Source of the DNA: Malacoraja senta
Taxonomy: Eukaryota
Length of the DNA: 64,000 nucleotides
NCBI GenBank assembly: GCA_038087875.1
Contig: CM075979.1
Coordinates: 37,448,001 to 37,512,000, forward strand
Reading direction: 5' to 3'
The position numbers and the translations under genes were made by a program. The notes under the pieces are model-generated. The model had not been told where the DNA came from, did no database searches, and saw only the letters and a program-made list of their open reading frames with translations. Numbering within the stretch: position 1 is the stretch's first letter; each line of letters begins with the position of its first letter. This document shows positions 22,342-34,749 of this stretch, piece by piece.

Positions 22342-25300
22342 TGTGGTGTATGCCCCTTTAAGAGATATCATACACCTATTGTAATACCGGTAGCCACAAA
22401 AGGGGGCTTGCTTAGTATAAAAGCCCTGGTGGTAGTGTGAGCACTCTCTCTTCCTTTCCCCCTCTGAAACCATGATTAAAGGCACGTTGGTTTTACCTGA
22501 TGGTTTCTCGATGGTTATTTAAGTATCTGACTCCAGTACTTAACAGTGGCGACGAGATTAAAGAACCCTGATGTCTTACCGACCTCGGCATCCTGAAAGA
22601 TCGAGTGGAGAACGCTCCCCGCACCCTCCCAAGGCAAAGAAGCTTGGTAGAGGTGGGTGTGTGGTTGAGGCTGGACTGGAGCTCCAAAGTTGTGAGTGTT
22701 GGGGCAAAGTGCAGTCAAGGGGGAGAAGTAACCTCGGAGAGCGGGCCCCAGGAACGCATTGGTAGTTGGGGTGAATACCGTCGGTAGTGCATAGTGTGCC
22801 GGTGCGGGTTTTCCAGTTTCAGCAGTTAAAGAGGCCTGTATACCCGATGGAGGCTGAAGAGACTGGTTGGAAACGGACCTAGAGGGTCCAGGAAAAAGAA
22901 ACGCTGCGAGAGAAGGGCGCAGACAGGGCGGGAACCGCCATTTTTGGCACGCCTAGAAAAAAAAAAAAAAAAAAACCCGGAAGAGATGGGTGCAAAAGCG
23001 GGAACCGCCATTTTTTTGGCACGCCTAAAAACGGAAGAGAACGGTGCCATTTTACAAGTTTTACAAATTCCATTGAAGCTAATTGATGAGCAACATGGCA
23101 ATATTTGGAATCTTCGAGAGCAACTTAGAGACTTGGGACACATATTTGGAAAGATTTGATGTTTTCTGTACTGTTAATGATATAGCAGATGATAAGAAAG
23201 CTGTGAATTTATTGAATTATATGGGTGCTAAGACTTATGGATTAGCAAAGGGGTTGTTACATCCTACAAAAGCTGCAAATGCAACATTTAAACAGATATC
23301 TGATAAATTAAAGGAACACTTGAATCCAGCACCATTGTTCTTATCTGAGCGTTTTGCATTTTATAAAAGGGACCAGCAGTTAGAAGAAACTGTGGCACAA
23401 TTTCTGGCAGAGCTAAGAACATTAGCTGTATTTTGTAAATTTGATGATTTTTTAAATCAAGCATTACGGGATAGATTTATTTGTGGATTGAAAAGTGAGA
23501 CTCTATTACAAAAACTGTTAGCTGAGGGTGATATAGATTTGTCCAAAGCATTTACAATGGCTACGTCATTTGAGAAAGCCCAAGAGGGCGCGGCGGCCAT
23601 ACAACAGAAGAGTCCAGAGTTTGAAACCCATAAATTATTACCAAAGGCTGAGAGATGTGTCCGGTATGGAAAAACCACTCACCATCAGAAAGATTGCTGG
23701 TTTAAAGATAAAATATGTAATGGATGTGGAAAAGTGGGTCACATTGTACGGGCTTGTAGGTCAAAGAAGCCTGGTAGAAGTGAACACTATAGAGCAAGGA
23801 CATTGGGGGCTGAGGCCAAGTTAGTCCATGAAGTTAGGGAAAGTAGTGTGAGCAGCAGTTGTAGTGACTCAGACGTAGAAGCAAGAGAAGTAAGTTGCTT
23901 AAAGATTAAAGCGGTGCAGAATTCGACAGAACTGGATACAATGTGGGTAATGTTGACCATTTCAGGAGTTTCATTGAAACTAGAACTGGATACTGGTTCA
24001 GCGTTAACGGTGATAAATGAGAAGGATTATTATAGGTATTTTTCACAAGAACGGTTGCAGAAGACTAATATTGCTTTAAAAACTTATACGGGTCAAAAGG
24101 TTAGGCCAAAAGGAAGGATTGAGGTATCAGCCAAGTACAATGGTATGACAGTGAGGAATCTGTTTATATACGTGCTGAGGGAAGGCGGACGGCCATTACT
24201 GGGTAGAGAGTGGGCTAGGAGACTGAAATTTGATTGGTCAACTATTCACTCATTAAAGCACAGGGAGCTGGGGTTAACAGGGCCTTTGCAAAGTAAATTG
24301 GTTGAAGTAAAGCATAGGGAGCGGGGGTTAATAGGACCCTCAAAAAGTAAATTGGCTGAAGTGTTGGCAACAGCTCCAGAGGTGTTTCAATCAGGACTTG
24401 GCAAGTTGGTTGGTATTCAAGCTACTATATCAATTACTGAGGGGTCTGCCCCCAAGTTTTTTAAACCTCGACCAGTACCTTTTGCAATTAGACCAGCAGT
24501 GGAAGCTGAATTAGATAACTTAGAGCAACAAGGAGTGCTCTCAAGGATAGATTGGAGTGAATGGGCTACACCTATTGTGCCGGTTATGAAAAAGGCTTTG
24601 CCGGATGGCCCGGGATTAGCACAGAAAGTACGTATTTGTGGTGATTTTAAAGTTACAGTGAATCCAGTGTTAAAAGTAGTACAATATCCATTGCCAAAGA
24701 TTGATGAGATTTTTGCCTCATTGGCAGGAGGGCAACATTTTTCTAAAATAGATCTGGCACAAGCATATTTGCAGATGGAGGTAGAGGAAGATTCCAGATA
24801 TTACCTGACGATTAATACGCATAAAGGCTTGTATAGGTATAATAGGTTGGTTTTTGGGGTAGCTTCGGCGCCGGCTATGTGGCAGAGAGCCATGGAGCAG
24901 GTGCTGCAAGGTATTCCAGGTACCCAATGTTACTTGGATGATATTTTGATCACAGGTAGGACGGTGGAAGAACACCTCTCCAATTTGGAATGGGTGTTGG
25001 GCAGGTTAAAACGTTATGGCCTTAGGGCTAACAAGGCCAAGTGTGACTTCTTCAAGGAACAACTGGCGTATTGTGGACATTTGATTGATAGACATGGGTT
25101 GCATAAATCACCAGACAAAATTGCTGCGGTGGTAAATGTGCCAGCTCCGGTGAATGTGTCACAGTTACGCTCATTTCTGGGACTGATAAATTACTATCAT
25201 AAATTTTTGCCAAACTTATCTGCTATCCTGTATCCATTAAATGGATTGTTAAAATCAGGGGTGAAATGGAATTGGTCGTTGGAATGTGTGAAGGCATTTG

Positions 25301-27631
25301 CTGATAGTAAGGTCTTGATTACATCAAGGAAGGTGCTTGCACATTTTGATCCAGCAATACCAATTAAGCTGGCTTGTGATGCATCTCCTTATGGTATAGG
25401 TGCAGTGCTTTCACATCAGTTTCCAGGGGGTCATGATCGACCAATTGCTTTTGCATCAAGGTCATTGTCCACGGCTGAAAAGAATTACGCCCAAATTGAT
25501 AGGGAGGCTCTTAGCCTGGTATGGGGTGTTAAAAAATTTAATCATTACTTATATGGACAGAAATTTACATTGATTACGGATCATCAGCCGTTGGTTTCGA
25601 TATTTAATCCAAAAAAGGGGGTGCCCTTGATGACGGCACAGCGCTTGCAGAGATGGGCCTTGTTTTTGGGTGCACATCGTTATGACATCCAGTATAGAGG
25701 CACAAAGTTGCATGGGAATGCAGATAGTTTGTCAAGATTGCCATTACCGATTGTAAGTGATGTACCAATGACTGATGTGGCAGAATTGTTTCATATGTCC
25801 ATTTGTGAAGTGTTGCCAGTGGATAACAAACGTATAGAGCGTGAGACAAGGAATGATAGGACTCTTTCAGGGGTATATGATGTAACAGTACGAGGGTGGC
25901 CAGCGGAAGGAGATTCTCGGTTTCCTCAATATTCAGCAAGAAGAGAACAATTGTCTACGTGCAGGGGTACCGTGATGTGTGGTTCTAGAGTGGTGATCCC
26001 CCAAAAGTTACAGAAACAAATCTTGGAGGAACTACACGTTGGTCATCTAGGATGCACTAAGATGAAAAGTCTGGCTCGTGCATATGTATGGTGGCCAGGT
26101 ATTGATGGCCAGATTGAGGAATTGGCCAAAAATTGTTCTGGCTGTCGGCTTGAGCAGAAGACACCTCCATTGGCCCCTATCCATCCATGGGAATGGCCGT
26201 CTGGTCCATGGAAACGGGTTCATATTGATTATGCAGGACCCTTTCAAGAGTCTATGTTCCTGGTGGTAGTAGATGCGCATTCGAAATGGCCAGAGGTTAT
26301 AAAGATGTCCTCGACTACGTCTCAGAAGACGATTGCGACGTTACGAACAATTTTTGCAAGGTATGGTTTGCCTGAACAAATATGTTCGGATAACGGGCCT
26401 CAATTTGTATCTGAAGACTTTAAGAAGTTTCTGAAGACTAATGGCATTAAACACTATACGTCGGCACCTTATCATCCGGCAACAAATGGACTGGCGGAGC
26501 GTTTTGTACAGACCTTTAAGAAGGCGCTTAAAGCAATGAAACATGAGGATCTGCCTATGCAACATAAATTGGACAATTTTTTGTTCAACTATAGAAATGC
26601 GGTTCATGCTGTAACAGGTCAATCACCTGCGATGGTGTTTTTCAACAGACAGTTGGGTTCCAAATTGGACTTAGTTCGTCCTGATCTTAGAAGACAAGTG
26701 GAACAGAAAGTGTTCCATTGTGCACCTCAACGTCTTACCAGGAGTTTCCAGGTTGGTGAAGCTGTACTTGCCCGCGATTATAGAAACCAGAAATGGCAGC
26801 CAGGAGTTGTTGCGGAGGTACAAGGACCTCTAATGTATGCAGTCAACACGGCCGATGGCCAGATTCGCCGGCATGTGGATCAAATCGTACAGTCTACTAT
26901 TGCTCCTCATCTGGAACCTCGGTTAAGTGCTTCGGATCAGCCAGTATCAATGGGGGGCCAATGGTCGAATAAGGAATTGGAACCTATTGTGCCTATGTCT
27001 TGTTATCCTGTTCTAGCTGCCAAAGAAGCACCTATGCCTTCGTTGGATATTTCACCAGCTAAAGTAGCAGTACAGGTTCCTGACCAGGTGGTTGCAAATG
27101 CCAAAACAGGTGTTCCCTAGCTCGGAAGTGCGGTGTTCGCCTGTAGAATCTGGATTAAGACGCTCAACCAGAATATCAAGGCCGCCACAGAGGTTGATTG
27201 ATGAACTTTGACATTGAATACGGGACTGACTAAGTGATGTTTCCTGTGTGTGTGTTTTTTTTTTTTTTCCCCTCACGTATTGGTGATGGTGTTATTATAT
27301 TGTGCTTGCAAAATATAAGGTGAAGGTGATAATGTAATTTTGTCATCTATTATATGATCTGTTGTAGGTATGGTGTACTTTTCCCCTTAGTTTTTGTGTA
27401 AAACTAAGGGTTTTAAAGGGGGAGGATTGTGGTGTATGCCCCTTTAAGAGATATCATACACCTATTGTAATACCGGTAGCCACAAAAGGGGGCTTGCTTA
27501 GTATAAAAGCCCTGGTGGTAGTGTGAGCACTCTCTCTTCCTTTCCCCCTCTGAAACCATGATTAAAGGCACGTTGGTTTTACCTGATGGTTTCTCGATGG
27601 TTATTTAAGTATCTGACTCCAGTACTTAACA
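22342..27631 (+). mobile_element. Full-length young Ty3/Gypsy (Mag-like) LTR retrotransposon
   Basis: 204-bp LTRs at 22342-22545 and 27428-27631, identical by eye; PBS TGGCGACGAG; PPT AAAGGGGGAGGA; GTTTC TSD. Confidence 0.97.
23086..27120 (+). CDS. Uninterrupted Gypsy gag-pol polyprotein
   Basis: LDTGS protease, YLDD RT, ACDAS..DREAL..TDHQPL RNase H, HHCC, HIDYAG/SDNG/LAER integrase; ~1344 codons without a stop. Confidence 0.95.
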   Translation: MSNMAIFGIFESNLETWDTYLERFDVFCTVNDIADDKKAVNLLNYMGAKTYGLAKGLLHPTKAANATFKQISDKLKEHLNPAPLFLSERFAFYKRDQQLEETVAQFLAELRTLAVFCKFDDFLNQALRDRFICGLKSETLLQKLLAEGDIDLSKAFTMATSFEKAQEGAAAIQQKSPEFETHKLLPKAERCVRYGKTTHHQKDCWFKDKICNGCGKVGHIVRACRSKKPGRSEHYRARTLGAEAKLVHEVRESSVSSSCSDSDVEAREVSCLKIKAVQNSTELDTMWVMLTISGVSLKLELDTGSALTVINEKDYYRYFSQERLQKTNIALKTYTGQKVRPKGRIEVSAKYNGMTVRNLFIYVLREGGRPLLGREWARRLKFDWSTIHSLKHRELGLTGPLQSKLVEVKHRERGLIGPSKSKLAEVLATAPEVFQSGLGKLVGIQATISITEGSAPKFFKPRPVPFAIRPAVEAELDNLEQQGVLSRIDWSEWATPIVPVMKKALPDGPGLAQKVRICGDFKVTVNPVLKVVQYPLPKIDEIFASLAGGQHFSKIDLAQAYLQMEVEEDSRYYLTINTHKGLYRYNRLVFGVASAPAMWQRAMEQVLQGIPGTQCYLDDILITGRTVEEHLSNLEWVLGRLKRYGLRANKAKCDFFKEQLAYCGHLIDRHGLHKSPDKIAAVVNVPAPVNVSQLRSFLGLINYYHKFLPNLSAILYPLNGLLKSGVKWNWSLECVKAFADSKVLITSRKVLAHFDPAIPIKLACDASPYGIGAVLSHQFPGGHDRPIAFASRSLSTAEKNYAQIDREALSLVWGVKKFNHYLYGQKFTLITDHQPLVSIFNPKKGVPLMTAQRLQRWALFLGAHRYDIQYRGTKLHGNADSLSRLPLPIVSDVPMTDVAELFHMSICEVLPVDNKRIERETRNDRTLSGVYDVTVRGWPAEGDSRFPQYSARREQLSTCRGTVMCGSRVVIPQKLQKQILEELHVGHLGCTKMKSLARAYVWWPGIDGQIEELAKNCSGCRLEQKTPPLAPIHPWEWPSGPWKRVHIDYAGPFQESMFLVVVDAHSKWPEVIKMSSTTSQKTIATLRTIFARYGLPEQICSDNGPQFVSEDFKKFLKTNGIKHYTSAPYHPATNGLAERFVQTFKKALKAMKHEDLPMQHKLDNFLFNYRNAVHAVTGQSPAMVFFNRQLGSKLDLVRPDLRRQVEQKVFHCAPQRLTRSFQVGEAVLARDYRNQKWQPGVVAEVQGPLMYAVNTADGQIRRHVDQIVQSTIAPHLEPRLSASDQPVSMGGQWSNKELEPIVPMSCYPVLAAKEAPMPSLDISPAKVAVQVPDQVVANAKTGVP

Positions 27632-30600
27632 GTTTCCATCAGCCGGGTGTCCGTGGCTCCACATGCCATGATCCCTGCTCGCATCCTGGAAATGCCTCGG
27701 CCGATCGCCAGTAGAGGCTATCGCCTCTTGGTCTGGGACCGCCATTCCGGGCTCCGATTTCTAGTGGACACTGGGGTTGAGCTCAGCATCTTACCTCCAT
27801 CTGGGGTTGATACCCGTTCTGGTAAGCGAGGCCCCACCCTGACCACCGTCAATGGCAGCCCCATCCACACGTATGATACTCGCACCATTCCCCCCCGTTC
27901 TCGACTCTCGCCGTTACTCGTGGCCGTTTACTATCGTGGACGTCTCGCAGCCACTGCTAGGCGCCAATTATTTTATGGGTCTTTTCCCTCCTGGTTGACG
28001 TCCAGGGCCAGCGCCTCGTTCATCCTGAGTCCCTCCAGCATGTGTCACCGCAGCCCACAGTTTCTTCCAACCCGCATGTTGGATTGATGTCTGATGCAGA
28101 AGGCGCGTACGTTATGATTCTGGCTGAGTTCCCGGAAATCTTGCCCCTCAGTTTCACTCGGCCACCCCTAGGCATGGTGTCATCCATCACATCCTCACCA
28201 CTGGCCCTCCACTTCACACACGGGCATGCATGCTCCTGCCCGACAAGCTACGTTTGGCTAAGGAGGAGTTTAAGCAGATGGAGGATATGTGTAATGCGCA
28301 GCGCTCCGACAGTCCATGGGCTTCCCCACTCCATATGGTTCCCAAGTCGACCAGCAGGAGGAGACTTTGTGGGGACTACCGCCGCCTTAACACCATCATG
28401 ATCGCTGACCGCTACCCAGTCCCGCACATCCAGGACTTCACGGCCCATTTGGATGGGGCTAAAATATTCTCCAAGGTTGATCTGGTGCGCGGATACCACC
28501 AGATCCCCGTCCACCCCAATGATGTGCACAAGACTACCATCATTACCCCGTTCGGCCTGTTTGAGTGGTTGCGAATGCCATTTGGCCTCAAGAATGCCGT
28601 TTGGCCTCAAGAATGCCGTTTGGCCTCAAGAATGGACATGGTTGGCCGCGGGTTGAACTTTGAATTCATTTACCTGGATGACATTCCAGGAGCACTGTGT
28701 GCACCTCCGGGTGCTGTTCCACCGCTTCCGGGACTACAGTCATGTCAGTTCGGTCTAGCCTCCATTTCTTTCCTCAGACACCACGTTATGCCGCAAGGCA
28801 CTACTCCACTCCCCGCCAAGGTAGAGGCGATTCGGCAGTTTCCCCAGCCGCACACCATTAAAGGGGTGCATCTGCGCCCCCCCCCCCCTCCCCCGAGCGG
28901 AACTACAGTGCTTTCCTGGCTCTCTATTTGGCAGTTCGGCACTTCCGGTAATTCGTGGAGGGCAGGCCTTCACCGACCACAAGCCCCTCACTTTCGCGTT
29001 CGCGAAGGTGTCCGACCCCTGGTCCACCTGCCAACAGCGGCACCTGGCGTTCGTCTCTGAGTTTACCACCAATGTCCAGCACATGGCGGATAAGCTTAAC
29101 CAGGTTGCCGACACCTTATCTTGCCCTGCGGTTCATGCCGTGCTGTCCGTGGCCCCAGGCATTGATTATTCTGGATTGGCTGCTGCGCAACGAGATGGAG
29201 ACGAGATGCTTTCCAATTACGCTGCTGTTTCGGGGTTGGTGTTGGAGGATGTTCCGCTCAGACCCTTTGGTGTGACGGTCCTTTGTGATGTCTTCACCGG
29301 GCAGCCGCGGCCCATCGTCCCTGCGGTTTTCGACTCCATCCATGGTCTGGCCCACCTTTCCATCTGGACGACTACTGCATTGGTGGTGGCCAAGTTCGTC
29401 TGGCATGGCCTCCGCAAGCAGGTTGGGGCCTGCATTCCTTGCCAGACATCCAAGATCCAGCGGCATGTATGTGCACTGCTCCAGGATTTTGTTGTCCCTC
29501 AACACCGGTTCAAACATATTCACGTCGACCTGGTGGGTCCTCTGCCGCTGTCTCGAGGCGTCACCCACCTGCTCACGATTGTGGACCGTTTCACGCGGTG
29601 GCCCGAGGCCATTCCACTCCCTGACACCTCCGCCGTGACTTGTGCTCGGGCTCTCGCGGCCCACTGGGCAGCACGTTTTGAAGTTCCCGCCGACATCTCT
29701 TCAGACCGTGGTGCTCAGTTCACCTCTGCCCTGTGGTTGGCCATGGCACAGCTGTACGGCGCTGAGCTGCATCATAATACTGCATACCATCCTCAGGACA
29801 ACGGTTTCGTTGAGTGGTTTCACCGGCACCTGAAGTCCTCATTGAAAGCACGACTCATGAGCCCTGATTGGGTGGATGCATTGCCATGGGTGTTGCTGGG
29901 GATCCGCATGGCCCCACAGGTGGATTTTGACACGTCATCTGCTGAACTGGTTTACGGCTCCCCTCTGAAGATGCCTGGTGATTTCCTTCTTGCGGCTTGG
30001 GGGCAGCAGGAACACCCTTCGTCTGTGCTGGCACACCTTCACGAGAGAGTAGGTGGGCTGGTCCCTGTTCCGACCGCTCGCCATGGTGTTGCTCCTTCTT
30101 ATGTTCCACCTGCACTCACGGACTGCCACTTTGTTTTCCTCCGCAGGGACTCGCACTAGATTCCGCTGCAACGGCTTTATGAGGGTTCCTTCTGGGTGTT
30201 GCGGCCCGGCGTCGCGACTTTTGTTGCGGATGTTGGGGGCCAAGAGGAGATTGTTTCGGTGGCCCACCTCAAGCCCGCCCATATGGATGTCGACAGCCTG
30301 CTGTTGGTGGCCCAACCTCATCATAGAGGTTGTCCGCTGGCCATCCCGCTTTCGCCGGTTGCACCTGTTATGCCTGTTTCGCCTGCTGTGACTGTTCCGC
30401 CTGTTGTAACTGTTCCGCCTCTTGTGCCTGTTGCACCTGTCCCTCCTGTCTCCACTCGGTCTGGCCACCTGATTCGGACTCCTGCTCGTTTCCTTTCCTC
30501 TCGTTCTAGGGGGAGGGGGGTCCTGTAGCGGTACCTAGTGGTGGGGCTGGGAAGTCAAAACCCTCGTCATTGGGTGGCACGGTCACGTGACCGCAGGGGT

Positions 30601-31516
30601 ACATTCGGGGACTTTTAGTTATCAATGCTCCTCCCAGCAACAGGACCTGTGTTCTTAAGCTCTACTAGGCATGCGGTTTTACAAGTTTCTGTTTGTTTTT
30701 AAAAATAAAAAACTATTTCACTCAACCTGCCTGGTCTCGCTTCTAAGGTTACAAAATTGTCCTGTGAGGAAATAGTGTCTTTCTTCTTGGACAGTTTCTC
30801 AGGTTTGAAGATAGCTTGTCTTATGAATGTCTTATGCCAATGTGGGACCAGTAGCCTTGTTAATCCTGGCTAAATTGGACCAGCTAGGACTTCAAAATGG
30901 GGTTAAGTTTCAGGGTTGCTGGGAGATTTGGTCAAATTGGAATTGCTCTCTGCAGAGCTGGGACAGGCTGCGAGAGGTGCCAGAGAGTCTGGAACTTAGA
31001 TACAATTTGCAAGCAAAGAATGGGAAGGCTTGCAAACCCTGTCAATCTGGTGCTAAATGTATAGAATGGATTGGATGGCTGCAAACCAGACATGCACCTT
31101 GTTAATAGTTTATAAATAATGATGCAGTCTGACTCTGCTAGGTGTTGATTGGATGGGGTGTTGAGCCTTGTCTGAGATTTCTGTTAATCAGGGTAAATGT
31201 TTCCAAGTTTACTTCATCTCTAAGTCCGTTGTGAATACAATATATTGAACTGTTGTATCATTGGGTTAGGGAAATGTCTATTACAAGTGTGGTTCGGCCT
31301 CTCGAGTTCCAGGGACATATAAAAGTCCGTGGTCACGAGGCTCAGGGTTAATCTTCTGGAAGAGTGCTCAGGACTGCGTACCCTTCTGGAGTGCCTCTGT
31401 CTGAGCGAGGCCGAGAGGGCTTGAACAGATAGACGCAAGGATCGAATTCGCGGTGGGATGGGTACAGTGTGTGATCGGTGATGCGCATTTGGTAAAATAA
31501 AATTTAGTTGATTCAA

Positions 31517-32453
31517 TAAACAATAGACAATAGACAATAGGTGCAGGAGTAGGCCATTCGGCACCGAGCCAGCACCGCCATTCAATGTGATCATGGCTGA
31601 TCATCCCCAATCAGTACCCCGTTCCTGCCTTCTCCCCATATCCCCTGACTGCTATTTTTAAGAGCCCTATCTAGCTCTCTCTTGAAAGCATCCAGAGAAC
31701 CTGCCTCCACCGCCCTCTGAGTCAGAGAATTCCACAGACTCACCATTCTCTGTGAGAAAAAGTGTTTCCTCGTCTCTGTTCTAAATGGCTTACTCCTTAT
31801 TCTTAAACTGTGGCCCCTGGTTCTGGACTCCCCCAGCATCGGGAACATGTTTCCTGCCTCTAGAGTGTCCAAGCCCTTAACAATCTTATATGTTTCAATG
31901 AGTTATCCTCTCATCCTTCTAAACTCGAGAGTGTACAAGCCCAGATGCTCCATTCTCTCAGCATATGACAGTCCCGCTATCCCAGGAATTAACCTTGTAA
32001 ACCTACGCTGCACACCCTCAATAGCAATAATAATAATAATAATAATAATAGATTTTATTTATATAGCGCTTTTCAGGACTCAAAGTCGCTTGTCCTTCCA
32101 CAAATTAGGGGACCAAAACTGCACACAATACTCCAGGTGTGGTCTCATTAGGGCTCTGTACAACTGCAGAAGGACCTCTTTGCTCCTATATTCGCTGCCT
32201 GCTGTACCTCCATACTTACTTTCATAGACTGATCTACAAGGACCCCCAGATCCCATTGTACTTCCCCTTTTCCCAACTTGACGCCATTTAGATAGTAATC
32301 TGCCTTCCGTTTTTGCTACCAAAGTGGATAATCTCACATTTATCCGCATTAAACTTCATCTGCCATGCATCTGCCCACTCCTCCAACCTGTCCAAGTCAC
32401 CCTGCATTCTCATAGCATCCTCCTCACAGTTCACACTGCCACACAGCTTTGTG
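31517..32453 (-). mobile_element. CR1 3' fragment inserted in the ERV 5' LTR (with an L2 3' tip at ~32027-32090)
   Basis: (CAATAGA)n tail, [13 protein letters not shown]; (AAT)n-gattttatttatatagcgc block matches 60617-60670. Confidence 0.9.
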
Positions 32454-32519
32454 AAGTGCTTGATTCAGTGTTTTTACTGAAACTAGACTGGGGGAAGCAT
32501 AGAAAATAGCAATTATCAT

Positions 32520-32537
32520 TGGGGGCTCATCCAGGAT
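32520..32537 (+). promoter_or_regulatory. Primer-binding site, tRNA-Pro
   Basis: TGGGGGCTCATCCAGGAT versus canonical TGGGGGCTCGTCCGGGAT (two G>A changes), 1 nt after the 5' LTR. Confidence 0.9.
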
Positions 32538-34482
32538 CTCAAAAGATCCCCAAACACAAGTTTACAATCAAGGGTGTTGAGCTGTTTCGATCGAGGGTGC
32601 AGAAATCGGTGCCGCTGTGCGGTTTTCGCATTGATTTTCAGCACCATGAGTCGAAGCGGATCGATCATTCGTGGGCTTGGGAAAGGGTCTAAACGAGATA
32701 ATTAGAACAGAGTCTAGCAAGCACAGGGGAGTGATTTGCACGCCTTTGGGTTGTAGGCCCGGTCCTTGGTTAAAGGCCTAAATTGGTCGTAGTTGGGCAG
32801 ACTGCAGCTGCCTTTAACGACAGCCTAGCGCGTTTCATCAGGTGAGGGGTGGCCCAAGGGTAGACCTGGTAACTGAGTTAGGTGGGGTATTAAAGACAGG
32901 TCTTATCGTTGAATGGATCGCTGCTGGGAACGTGAATTAACAAGTTGCGCTTCAAAAAACGGCATCGATAATTCACAGCACGAAGTGGCAACGCGCTGGA
33001 TGCTCGGTACTCAGCAAAGGGTGTGTCTGTGTTTATATATCTGAGTCCTGTGTGACCGACGAGGAATCTCGAAAAGGTACCGAGCTTGGATAAACTGGGT
33101 ATAGATTGGCCAGATTACTCTAGTTTATTCAAGAAAATCAATTGGGCAATTTTAGCTGATTCGAGAGCCCGCGTAGTAATAAGATACGCACTAAAAATTA
33201 GGAGTTCGAGTTCGAGTGTTCTAAATTTGCAGCAACATTTCCAAATACTGGATTTCATATTGAAGTTCTGTGTAAGGTGGGATTCGAATTCCTGTATATG
33301 GAACTTCGAAGTTGATGCATATCCGTGATCGATTCCGAATAGCGGCTGATCAACAGTGAGTAGTAACCCTATGGTCGATTGTTGATTAGTACCTGATAGC
33401 GAAGAGTACCTGAGAGACGGGAGACTCCCTACTTGACGAAAAGTAATCCGAATAGTGAAGGGTACCCCTAATTCTGTAGAACTAAGAGAGGAGGGATAGA
33501 GGTCCCCCTATAAAAGTCCAGTCTTAGCAGAGGGATAGTAACATTCGGGAGGAAAAGTAATTATTTAATGGAATCTCTCAGCAAAGAGTAAATTAGGAAG
33601 GGGAAAATCTTCGGTATCAGAAGGAGAGGCTCACTGCGTGATACCAGCGTGATGCGGAGGACGGAGCGAGTGTTCGTGAATTGTGTGCTAGTGCTTTAAA
33701 TAATTTTGCAAATTGTAAAATTAGTTTTTCGTATTGTCATCTGGATTTTGCAAATATTTCTGTATGTAAATAAATTTAGAGTAATTAAAAGTTAAGATTT
33801 AGAACGTGTTTAAGTCCGCGGACCGTCATTGTGTTGCTGCTTGTGCGAGTGTTTATAGAATTAAAACTTGAAGCGAGAGTTTGTTTAAGTTAGATATCCG
33901 TAGTGTTTAATTTAGCCATTCGTATTTGTTTGTTTTGTAAATCTGAATCAGGGTGGTTCGATCAGGGGTTCTTCGATCGCTACGTCGGGGGATGTCATCT
34001 TGCTGATTGATTGCACCACGAGGAGAATTGATTAAAGTGGGGTTTACTGTATGATTATAGTTTATATTGGGGTGTGTTTTGGGTTATTAATTATCAGGGG
34101 AATATTTTCATTCTTAGTTATAGTCTTGTTGGTGTGGTTTGAGTTTATTTGTTTGTGCCACCTTAAAGTTAATTAAAAAGAGTGCTGCGTGAGAGACTGC
34201 GAGTGGGAGTTAGACCTTTTGTTTAAAAAAATTTGGAATTGAATGCAGCGATTGTGATTTAACGGATAAGAGTATTGGGAGAGACTGAATAGGAGCGAGT
34301 GGTTTGAATAATTAAACACGAGTGATTGGGAGATGGTCTGCAGTGGGTGTGAATCGGAAAGATCGTTACTCATTGTGAGAGAGAGATTCCATTGACCTTG
34401 GAGTCTGGGAGAAGTAGTGGGAGAAAGAAGTTTTAGTTTCTGGATTTTTTTTTTTGCAATTTGTTATGTCCATTGTTCTGAG

Positions 34483-34749
34483 ATGGGGAATGTCTCTGAG
34501 AAGGATCGATCAAACAGATTGGACAGCCCGATAAGGATAATTTGCAAGGAGCTTCCAAGTGAAGCAGATCGACTGAGGGGATTATCAGGGAAATTAAACA
34601 CACTTTTAAAAGATCAACTTTGGCTGTTGGGGGGAGTAAAGTCTTTGATCAGGATAAATTATGTAGAAAGAATCATTAGAGATTATGGGCATAGTGAAAC
34701 AAACAAGTTAATTCAGATGTGGAAGCATTCTTCACTAGGAGGAAAATAA
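34483..34749 (+). pseudogene. gag: Putative gag matrix (MA) remnant
   Basis: MGNVSEK myristoylation-type start and LWLLGG motif, ~2 kb after the PBS; downstream frames are broken. Confidence 0.5.

Larger units (their letters stand above)
21885..30753 (+). mobile_element. Older decayed Ty3/Gypsy element (5'-truncated), host of the nested Gypsy; 3' LTR at 30524-30753
   Basis: Gag PHVWFEHIE..NKYEGLKALL; protease LVDTGVE; RT CGDYRRLN, FSKVDLVRGYHQIP, YLDD; integrase HVDLVGPLP, SDRGAQFTS; purine tract before TGTAGCGG...GGTTACA. Confidence 0.88.

Noticed and set aside
28572-28633. 19-bp triple tandem repeat in the Gypsy RT
   Set aside because: Local slippage in a dead element; no sign of function
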